A program made the translations under genes and the position numbers. This document shows, one piece after another, positions 51,301 to 64,000 of a stretch of DNA of 64,000 bases; the first letter of the stretch is position 1, and every line of letters begins with the position of its first letter. A model generated the notes under the pieces. It made no database searches. It had not been told where the DNA came from and was given only the letters and a program-made list of their open reading frames with translations. The stretch is from Eledone cirrhosa (taxonomy: Eukaryota): positions 9,052,001 to 9,116,000 of the forward strand of contig OZ024744.1 in NCBI GenBank assembly GCA_964016885.1, given 5' to 3'.

Positions 51301-54300
51301 ACCAATGTCTACAACAACAACAACAGCGGCACCAATGTCTACAACAACAACAACAACAGCGGCACCAATGTCTACAACAACAACAACAACAGCGGCACCA
51401 ATGTCTACAACAACAACAACAACAGCGGCACCAATGTCTACAACAACAACAACAACAGCGGCACCAATGTCTACAACAACAACAACAACAACAACAGCGG
51501 CACCAATGTCTACAACAACAACAACAACAGCGGCACCAATGTCTACAACAACAACAATAACAGCGGCACCAATGTCTACAACAACAACAATAACAGCGGC
51601 ACCAATGTCTACAACAACAACAACAACAACAACAGCGGCACCAATGTCTACAACAACAACAACAGCGGCACCAATGTCTACAACAACAACAACAACACCG
51701 GCACCAATGTCTACAACAACAATAACAACAGCGGCACCAATGTCTACAACAACAACAACAACACCGGCACCAATGTCTACAACAACAACAACAGCGGCAC
51801 CAATGTCTACAACAACAACAACAACAGCGGCACCAATGTCTACAACAACAACAACAACAGCGGCACCAATGTCTACAACAACAACAACAGCGGCACCAAT
51901 GTCTACAACAACAACAACAACAGCGGCACCAATGTCTACAACAACAACAACAACACCGGCACCAATGTCTACAACAACAACAACAACACCGGCACCAATG
52001 TCTACAACAACAACAACAACAACAACAGCGGCACCAATGTCTACAACAACAACAACAACAACAGCGGCACCAATGTCTACAACAACAACAACAACAGCGG
52101 CACCAATGTCTACAACAACAACAACAACAACAACAGCGGCACCAATGTCTACAACAACAACAACAACAGCGGCACCAATGTCTACAACAACAACAACAAC
52201 ACCGGCACCAATGTCTACAACAACAACAAAAGCGGCACCAATGTCTACAACAACAACAACAACACCGGCACCAATGTCTACAACAACAACAACAACAGCG
52301 GCACCAATGTCTACAACAACAACAACAGCGGCACCAATGTCTACAACAACAACAACAACAGCGGCACCAATGTCTACAACAACAACAACAACACCGGCAC
52401 CAATGTCTACAACAACAACAACAACAGTGGCACCAATGTCTACAACAACAACAACAGCGGCACCAATGTCTACAACAACAACAACAACACCGGCACCAAT
52501 GTCTACAACAACAACAACAACAGCGGCACCAATGTCTACAACAACAACAACAGCGGCACCAATGTCTACAACAACAACAACAACAGCGGCACCAATGTCT
52601 ACAACAACAACAACAACAACAACAGCGGCACCAATGTCTACAACAACAACAACAACACCGGCACCAATGTCTACAACAACAACAACAGCGGCACCAATGT
52701 CTACAACAACAACAACAACAGCGGCACCAATGTCTACAACAACAACAACAACAACAACAGCGGCACCAATGTCTACAACAACAACAACAACACCGGCACC
52801 AATGTCTACAACAACAACAACAGCGGCACCAATGTCTACAACAACTACAACAACAGCAGCACCAAGGTCTACAACAACAACAACAACTCCGGCACCAATG
52901 TCTACAACAACAACAGCGGCACCAATGTCTACAACAACAACAACAGCGGCACCAATGTCTACAACAACAACAACAGCGGCACCAATGTCTACAACAACAA
53001 CAACACCGGCACCAATGTCTACAACAACAACAACAACACCGGTACCAATGTCTACAACAACAACAACAGCGGCACCAATGTCTACAACAACAACAACACC
53101 GGCACCAATGTCTACAACAACAACAGTGGCACCAATGTCTACAACAACAACAACACCGGCACCAATGTCTACAACAACAACAACACCGGCACCAATGTCT
53201 ACAACAACAACAACAACAGCAGCACCAATGTCTACAACAACAACAACAACTCCGGCACCAATGTCTACAACAACAACAGCGGCACCAATGTCTACAACAA
53301 CAACAACAGCGGCACCAATGTCTACAACAACAACAACAGCGGCACCAATGTCTACAACAACAACAACAGCGGCACCAATGTCTACAACAACAACAACAAC
53401 ACCGGCACCAATGTCTACAACAACAACAACAGCGGCACCAATGTCTACAACAACAACAACAACACCGGCACCAATGTCTACAACAACAACAACAGCGGCA
53501 CCAATGTCTACAACAACAGCAACAACAGCGGCACCAATGTCTACAACAACAACAGCGGCACCAATGTCTACAACAACAACAACAACACCGGCACCAATGT
53601 CTACAACAACAACAACAGCGGCACCAATGTCTACAACAACAACAACAGCGGCACCAATGTCTACAACAACAACAACAGCGGCACCAATGTCTACAACAAC
53701 AGCAACAACAGCGGCACCAATGTCTACAACAACAACAATAACAGCGGCACCAATGTCTACAACAACAACAACAGCGGCACCAATGTCTACAACAACAGCA
53801 ACAACAGCGGCACCAGTGTCTACAACAACAACAGCGGCACCAATGTCTACAACAACATCAACACCGGCACCAATGTCTACAACAACAACAACAGCGGCAC
53901 CAATGTCTACAACAACAACAACAGCGGCACCAATGTCTACAACAACAACAACAGCGGCACCAATGTCTACAACAACAACAACAACAGCGGCACCAATGTC
54001 TACAACAACAACAACAACACCGGCACCAATTTCTACAACAACAACAACAGCGGCACCAATGTCTACAACAACAACAACAGCGGCACCAATGTCTACAACA
54101 ACAACAACACCGGCACCAATGTCTACAACAACAACAACAGCGGCACCAATGTCTACAACAACAACAACAGCGGCACCAATGTCTACAACAACAACAACAA
54201 CAGCGGCACCAATGTCTACAACAACAACAACAACAACGGCACCAATGTATACAACAACAACAACAGCGGCACCAATGTCTACAACAACAACAACAACACC

Positions 54301-57300
54301 GGCACCAATGTCTACAACAACAACAACAGCGGCACCAATGTCTACAACAACAGCAACAACAGCGGCACCAGTGTCTACAACAACAACAGCGGCACCAATG
54401 TCTACAACAACAACAACACCGGCACCAATGTCTACAACAACAACAACAACAGCGGCACCAATGTCTACAACAACAACAACAGCGGCACCAATGTCTACAA
54501 CAACAACAACAGCGGCACCAATGTCTACAACAACAACAACAGCGGCACCAATGTCTACAACAACAACAACAGCGGCACCAATGTCTACAACAACAACAAC
54601 ACCGGCACCAATGTCTACAACAACAACAACAACAGCGGCACCAATGTCTACAACAACAACAACAGCGGCACCAATGTCTACAACAACAACAACATCGGCA
54701 CCAATGTCTACAACAACAACAACAGCGGCACCAATGTCTACAACAACAACAACAGCGGCACCAATGTCTACAACAACAACAACAGCGGCACCAATGTCTA
54801 CAACAACAACACCGGCACCAATGTCTACAACAACAACAACAGCGGCACTAATGTCTACAACAACAACAACAACAGCGGCACCAATGTCTACAACAACAAC
54901 ACGGGCACCAATGTCTACAACAACAACAAAACCGGTACCAATGTCTACAACAACAACAACAGCGGCACCAATGTCTACAACAACAACAACACCGGCACCA
55001 ATGTCTACAACAACAACAACAGCGGCACCAATGTCTACAACAACAACAACAGCGGCACCAATGTCTACAACAACAACAACACAGGCACCAATGTCTACAA
55101 CAACAACAACACAGGCACCAATGTCTACAACAACAACAACAACAGCGGCACCAATGTCTACAACAACAACAACAGCGGCACCAATGTCTACAACAACAAC
55201 AACAACAGCGGCACCAATGTCTACAACAACAACAACACCGGCACCAATGTCTACAACAACAACAACAGCGGCACCAATGTCTACAACAACAACAACAACA
55301 CCGGCACCAATGTCTACAACAACAACAACAACAGCGGCACCAATGTCTACAACAACAACAACAACAGCGGCACCAATGTCTACAACAACAACAACAGCGG
55401 CACCAATGTCTACAACAACAACAACAACAGCGGCACCAATGTCTACAACAACAACAACAGCGGCACCAATGTCTACAACAACAACAACAACAGCGGCACC
55501 AATGTCTACAACAACAACAACAGCGGCACCAACGTCTACAACAACAACAACAGCGGCACCAATGTCTACAACAACAACAACAGCGGCACCAATGTCTACA
55601 ACAACAACAACACCGGCACCAATGTCTACAACAACAGCAACAACAGCGGCACCAATGTCTACAACAACAACAACAACAGCGGCACCAACGTCTACAACAA
55701 CAACAACAGCGGCACCAATGTCTACAACAACAACAACACAGGCACCAATGTCTACAACAACAACAACAACAGCGGCACCAATGTCTACAACAACAACAAC
55801 AGTGGCACCAATGTCTACAACAACAACAACAGCGGCACCAATGTCTACAACAACAACAACAGCGGCACCAATGTCTACAACAACAACAACACAGGCACCA
55901 ATGTCTACAACAACAACAACACCGGCACCAATGTCTACAACAACAACATCAGCGGCACCAATGTCTACAACAACAACAACACCGGCACCAATGTCTACAA
56001 CAACAACATCAGCGGCACCAATGTCTACAACAACAACAACACCGGCACCAATATCTACAACAACAACAACAGCGGCACCAATGTCTACAACAACAACAAC
56101 AGCGGCACCAATGTCTACAACAACAACACCGGCACCAATGTCTACAACAACAACAACAGCGGCACCAATGTCTACAACAACAACATCAGCGGCACCAATG
56201 TCTACAACAACAACATCAGCGGCACCAATGTCTACAACAACAACAACAGCGGCACCAATGTCTACAACAACAACAACACCGGCACCAATGTCTACAACAA
56301 CAACAACACCGGCACCAATGTCTACAACAACAACATCAGCGGCACCAATGTCTACAACAACAACAACACCGGCACCAATGTCTACAACAACAACAACAGC
56401 GGCACCAATGTCTACAACAACAACAACACCGGCACCAATGTCTACAACAACAACATCAGCGGCACCAATGTCTACAACAACAACAACAGCGGCACCAATG
56501 TCTACAACAACAACAACACCGGCACCAATATCTACAACAACAACAACAGCGGCACCAATGTCTACAACAACAACAACAGCGGCACCAATGTCTACAACAA
56601 CAACAACAGCGGCACCAATGTCTACAACAACAACAACACCGGCACCAATGTCTACAACAACAACATCAGCGGCACCAATGTCTACAACAACAACAACAGC
56701 GGCACCAATGTCTACAACAACAACAACACCGGCACCAATATCTACAACAACAACAACAGTGGCACCAATGTCTACAACAACAACAACAGCGGCACCAATG
56801 TCTACAACAACAACACCGGCACCAATGTCTACAACAACAACAACAGTGGCACCAATGTCTACAACAACAACAACAGCGGCACCAATGTCTACAACAACAA
56901 CAACAGCGGCACGAATGTCTACAACAACAACAACAACTCCGGCACCAATATCTACAACAACAACAACAGCGGCACCAATGTCTACAACAACAACAACAGC
57001 GGCACCAATGTCTACAACAACAACAACAACAACAACTCCGGCACCAATATCTACAACAACAACAACAACAGCGGCACCAATGTCTACAACAACAACAACA
57101 GCGGCACCAATGTCTACAACAACAACAACAGCGGCACCAATGTCTACAACAACAACAACAGCGGCACCAATGTCTACAACAACAACAACAACAGCGGCAC
57201 CAATGTCTACAACAACAACAACAACAACAACAGCGGCACCAATGTCTGCAACAACAACAACAACAGCGGCACCAATGTCTACAACAACAACAACAACAGC

Positions 57301-60300
57301 GGCACCAATGTCTACAACAACAACAACAACACCGGCACCAATGTCTACAACAACAACAACAACAGCGGCACCAATGTCTACAACAACAACAACAACAGCG
57401 GCACCAATGTCTACAACAACAACAACAACAACAACAGCGGCACCAATGTCTACAACAACAACAACAACAGCGGCACCAATGTCTACAACAACAACAATAA
57501 CAGCGACACCAATGTCTACAACAACAAAAACAGCGGCACCAATGTCTACAACAACAACAACAACACCGGCACCAATGTCTACAACAACAATAACAACAGC
57601 GGCACCAATGTCTACAACAACAACAACAACACCGGCACCAATGTCTACAACAACAACAACAGCGGCACCAATGTCTACAACAACAACAACAACAGCGGCA
57701 CCAATGTCTACAACAACAACAACAACAGCGGCACCAATGTCTACAACAACAACAACAACAGCGGCACCAATGTCTACAACAACAACAACAACAGCGGCAC
57801 CAATGTCTACAACAACAACAACACCGGCACCAATGTCTACAACAACAACAACAGCGGCACCAATGTCTACAACAACAACAACAGCGGCACCAATGTCTAC
57901 AACAACAACAACAACAACAACAGCGGCACCAATGTCTACAACAACAACAACAACAACAACAGCGGCACCAATGTCTACAACAACAACAATAACAGCGGCA
58001 CCAATGTCTACAACAACAACAACAGCGGCACCAATGTCTACAACAACAACAACAACACCGGCACCAATGTCTACAACAACAATAACAACAGCGGCACCAA
58101 TGTCTACAACAACAACAACAACACCGGCACCAATGTCTACAACAACAACAACAGCGGCACCAATGTCTACAACAACAACAACAGCGGCACCAATGTCTAC
58201 AACAACAACAACAACAGCGGCACCAATGCCTACAACAACAACAACAGCGGCACCAATGTCTACAACAACAACAACAACAGCGGCACCAATGTCTACAACA
58301 ACAACAACAACAGCGGCACCAATGTCTACAACAACAACAACAACAGCGGCACCAATGTCTACAACAACAACAACAACAGCGGCACCAATGTCTACAACAA
58401 CAACAACAACAGCGGCACCAATGTCTACAACAACAACAACAACACCGGCACCAATGTCTACAACAACAACAACAACACCGGCACCAATGTCTACAACAAC
58501 AACAACAGCGGCACCAATGTCTACAACAACAACAACAACAGCGGCACCAATGTCTACAACAACAACAACAACAACAACAGCGGCACCAATGTCTACAACA
58601 ACAACAACAACAGCGGCACCAATGTCTACAACAACAACAACAACACCGGCACCAATGTCTACAACAACAACAAAAGCGGCACCAATGTCTACAACAACAA
58701 CAACAACACCGGCACCAATGTCTACAACAACAACAACAACAGCGGCACCAATGTCTACAACAACAACAACAGCGGCACCAATGTCTACAACAACAACAAC
58801 AACAGCGGCACCAATGTCTACAACAACAACAACAACAACAACAGCGGCACCAATGTCTACAACAACAACAACAACACCGGCACCAATGTCTACAACAACA
58901 ACAACAACAGTGGCACCAATGTCTACAACAACAACAACAGCGGCACCAATGTCTACAACAACAACAACAACACCGGCACCAATGTCTACAACAACAACAA
59001 CAACAGCGGCACCAATGTCTACAACAACAACAACAGCGGCACCAATGTCTACAACAACAACAACAACAGCGGCACCAATGTCTACAACAACAACAACAAC
59101 AACAACAGCGGCACCAATGTCTACAACAACAACAACAACACCGGCACCAATGTCTACAACAACAACAACAGCGGCACCAATGTCTACAACAACAACAACA
59201 ACAGCGGCACCAATGTCTACAACAACAACAACAACAACAACAGCGGCACCAATGTCTACAACAACAACAACAACACCGGCACCAATGTCTACAACAACAA
59301 CAACAGCGGCACCAATGTCTACAACAACAACAACAACACCGGCACCAATGTCTACAACAACAACAACAGCGGCACCAATGTCTACAACAACAACAGCGGC
59401 ACCAATGTCTACAACAACAACAACAACAACAACAGCGGCACCAATGTCTACAACAACAACAACAACACCGGCACCAATGTCTACAACAACAACAACAGCG
59501 GCACCAATGTCTACAACAACTACAACAACAGCGGCACCAATGTCTACAACAACAACAACAACAGCGGCACCAATGTCTACAACAACAACAACAACTCCGG
59601 CACCAATGTCTACAACAACAACAGCGGCACCAATGTCTACAACAACAACAACAGCGGCACCAATGTCTACAACAACAACAACAGCGGCACCAATGTCTAC
59701 AACAACAACAACACCGGCACCAATGTCTACAACAACAACAACACCGGCACCAATGTCTACAACAACAACAACAGCGGCACCAATGTCTACAACAACAACA
59801 ACACCGGCACCAATGTCTACAACAACAACAGTGGCACCAATGTCTACAACAACAACAACACCGGCACCAATGTCTACAACAACAACAACACCGGCACCAA
59901 TGTCTACAACAACAACAACAACAGCAGCACCAATGTCTACAACAACAACAACAGCAGCACCAATGTCTACAACAACAACAACAGCGGCACCAATGTCTAC
60001 AACAACAACAACAGCGGCACCAATGTCTACAACAACAACAACAGCGGCACCAATGTCTACAACAACAACAGCGGCACCAATGTCTACAACAACAACAACA
60101 GCGGCACCAATGTCTACAACAACAACAACAGCGGCACCAATGTCTACAACAACAACAACAGCGGCACCAATGTCTACAACAACAACAACAGCGGCACCAA
60201 TGTCTACAACAACAACAACAACACCGGCACCAATGTCTACAACAACAACAACAGCGGCACCAATGTCTACAACAACAACAACACCGGCACCAATGTCTAC

Positions 60301-63300
60301 AACAACAACAACAGCGGCACCAATGTCTACAACAACAACAATAACAGCGACACCAATGTCTACAACAACAACAACAGCGGCACCAATGTCTACAACAACA
60401 ACAACAACACCGGCACCAATATCTACAACAACAACAACAGCGGCACCAATGTCTACAACAACAACAACAGCGGCACCAATGTCTACAACAGCAACAACAG
60501 CGGCACCAATGTCTACAACAACAACAACAGCGGCACCAATGTCTACAACAACAACAACAGCGGCACCAATGTCTACAACAACAACAACAACACCGGCACC
60601 AATGTCTACAACAACAACAACAGCGGCACCAATGTCTACAACAACAGCAACAACAGCGGCACCAATGTCTACAACAACAACAGCGGCACCAATGTCTACA
60701 ACAACAACAACAACACCGGCACCAATGTCTACAACAACAACAACAGCGGCACCAATGTCTACAACAACAACAACAGCGGCACCAATGTCTACAACAACAG
60801 CAACAACAGCGGCACCAATGCCTACAACAACAACAGCGGCACCAATGTCTACAACAACAACAATAACAGCGGCACCAATGTCTACAACAACAACAACAGC
60901 GGCACCAATGTCTACAACAACAGCAACAACAGCGGCACCAGTGTCTACAACAACAACAGCGGCACCAATGTCTACAACAACATCAACACCGGCACCAATG
61001 TCTACAACAACAACAACAGCGGCACCAATGTCTACAACAACAACAACAGCGGCACCAATTTCTACAACAACAACAACAGCGGCACCAATGTCTACAACAA
61101 CAACAACAGCGGCACCAATGTCTACAACAACAACAACACCGGCACCAATGTCTACAACAACAACAACAGCGGCACCAATGTCTACAACAACAACAACAGC
61201 GGCACCAATGTCTACAACAACAACAACAACAGCGGCACCAATGTCTACAACAACAACAACAACAACGGCACCAATGTCTACAACAACAACAGCGGCACCA
61301 ATGTCTACAACAACAACAACAGCGGCACCAATGTCTACAACAACAGCAACAACAGCGGCACCAGTGTCTACAACAACAACAGCGGCACCAATGTCTACAA
61401 CAACAACAACACCGGCACCAATGTCTACAACAACAACAACAACAGCGGCACCAATGTCTACAACAACAACAACAGCGGCACCAATGTCTACAACAACAAC
61501 AACAGCGGCACCAATGTCTACAACAACAACAACAGCGGCACCAATGTCTACAACAACAACAACAGCGGCACCAATGTCTACAACAACAACAACACCGGCA
61601 CCAATGTCTACAACAACAACAACAACAGCGGCACCAATGTCTACAACAACAACAACAGCGGCACCAATGTCTACAACAACAACAACACCGGCACCAATGT
61701 CTACAACAACAACAACAGCGGCACCAATGTCTACAACAACAACAACAGCGGCACCAATGTCTACAACAACAACAACAGCGGCACCAATGTCTACAACAAC
61801 AACACCGGCACCAATGTCTACAACAACAACAGCGGCACTAATGTCTACAACAACAACAACAACAGCGGCACCAATGTCTACAACAACAACACGGGCACCA
61901 ATGTCTACAACAACAACAACAGCGGCACCAATGTCTACAACAACAACAAAACCGGCACCAATGTCTACAACAACAACAACAGCGGCACCAATGTCTACAA
62001 CAACAACAACACCGGCACCAATGTCTACAACAACAACAACAGCGGCACCAATGTCTACAACAACAACAACAGCGGCACCAATGTCTACAACAACAACAAC
62101 ACAGGCACCAATGTCTACAACAACAACAACACAGGCACCAATGTCTACAACAACAACAACAACAGCGGCACCAATGTCTACAACAACAACAACAGCGGCA
62201 CCAATGTCTACAACAACAACAACAACAACAGCGGCACCAATGTCTACAACAACAACAACACCGGCACCAATGTCTACAACAACAACAACAGCGGCACCAA
62301 TGTCTACAACAACAACAACAACACCGGCACCAATGTCTACAACAACAACAACAACAGCGGCACCAATGTCTACAACAACAACAACAACAGCGGCACCAAT
62401 GTCTACAACAACAACAACAGCGGCACCAATGTCTACACCAACAACAACAACAACAACAACAGCGGCACCAATGTCTACAACAACAACAACAGCGGCACCA
62501 ATGTCTACAACAACAACAACAACAGCGGCACCAATGTCTACAACAACAACAACAGCGGCACCAACGTCTACAACAACAACAACAGCGGCACCAATGTCTA
62601 CAACAACAACAACAGCGGCACCAATGTCTACAACAACAACAACACCGGCACCAATGTCTACAACAACAGCAACAACAGCGGCACCAATGTCTACAACAAC
62701 AACAACAACAGCGGCACCAACGTCTACAACAACAACAACAGCGGCACCAATGTCTACAACAACAACAACAACACCGGCACCAATTTCTACAACAACAACA
62801 ACAGCGGCACCAATGTCTACAACAACAACAACAGCGGCACCAATGTCTACAACAACAACAACACCGGCACCAATGTCTACAACAACAACAACAGCGGCAC
62901 CAATGTCTACAACAACAACAACAGCGGCACCAATGTCTACAACAACAACAACAACAGCGGCACCAATGTCTACAACAACAACAACAACAACGGCACCAAT
63001 GTCTACAACAACAACAGCGGCACCAATGTCTACAACAACAACAACAGCGGCACCAATGTCTACAACAACAGCAACAACAGCGGCACCAGTGTCTACAACA
63101 ACAACAGCGGCACCAATGTCTACAACAACAACAACACCGGCACCAATGTCTACAACAACAACAACAACAGCGGCACCAATGTCTACAACAACAACAACAG
63201 CGGCACCAATGTCTACAACAACAACAACAGCGGCACCAATGTCTACAACAACAACAACAGCGGCACCAATGTCTACAACAACAACAACAGCGGCACCAAT

Positions 63301-64000
63301 GTCTACAACAACAACAACACCGGCACCAATGTCTACAACAACAACAACAACAGCGGCACCAATGTCTACAACAACAACAACAGCGGCACCAATGTCTACA
63401 ACAACAACAACACCGGCACCAATGTCTACAACAACAACAACAGCGGCACCAATGTCTACAACAACAACAACAGCGGCACCAATGTCTACAACAACAACAA
63501 CAGCGGCACCAATGTCTACAACAACAACACCGGCACCAATGTCTACAACAACAACAACAGCGGCACTAATGTCTACAACAACAACAACAACAGCGGCACC
63601 AATGTCTACAACAACAACACGGGCACCAATGTCTACAACAACAACAACAGCGGCACCAATGTCTACAACAACAACAAAACCGGCACCAATGTCTACAACA
63701 ACAACAACAGCGGCACCAATGTCTACAACAACAACAACACCGGCACCAATGTCTACAACAACAACAACAGCGGCACCAATGTCTACAACAACAACAACAG
63801 CGGCACCAATGTCTACAACAACAACAACACAGGCACCAATGTCTACAACAACAACAACACAGGCACCAATGTCTACAACAACAACAACAACAGCGGCACC
63901 AATGTCTACAACAACAACAACAACAGCGGCACCAATGTCTACAACAACAACAACACCGGCACCAATGTCTACAACAACAACAACAGCGGCACCAATGTCT
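17626..64000 (+). repeat. Giant minisatellite, unit ~27-39 bp, consensus (ACA)5 GCG GCA CCA ATG TCT; >46 kb, roughly 1500 units, runs off the window
   Basis: Directly visible. Unit length varies in whole ACA triplets. Recurrent variants CCG, GTG, GGG, CAG, ATA, ACG. Confidence 0.98.

Noticed and set aside
17626-64000. CRISPR-like array (constant 15-bp core with variable spacers)
   Set aside because: The spacers are just (ACA)n of varying length, not unique sequences. There are no cas genes and the context is eukaryotic.

Overview
Eukaryotic (animal-like, AT-rich and microsatellite-rich; reminiscent of cephalopod DNA, which is an impression rather than a tested assignment) repeat-dominated window with no convincing host gene. 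1-13403 holds three L1/Tx1-like non-LTR retrotransposons joined directly head-to-tail on the + strand. Copy A is a decayed 3' part. Copies B and C are apparently full length, with a frameshifted CCHC ORF1, an essentially intact APE-RT-zinc finger ORF2 and (ATT)n tails. 13400-17600 is an AT-rich patchwork of microsatellites, a perfect 258-bp palindrome, a small inverted-repeat element and two Helitron derivatives. From ~17626 to the window end (>46 kb) runs a ~30-bp minisatellite, (ACA)n-GCGGCACCAATGTCT, with nested multi-kb higher-order repeats. It translates as a mucin-like MSTTTTTAAP polymer, but its long ORFs are largely explained by codon geometry.
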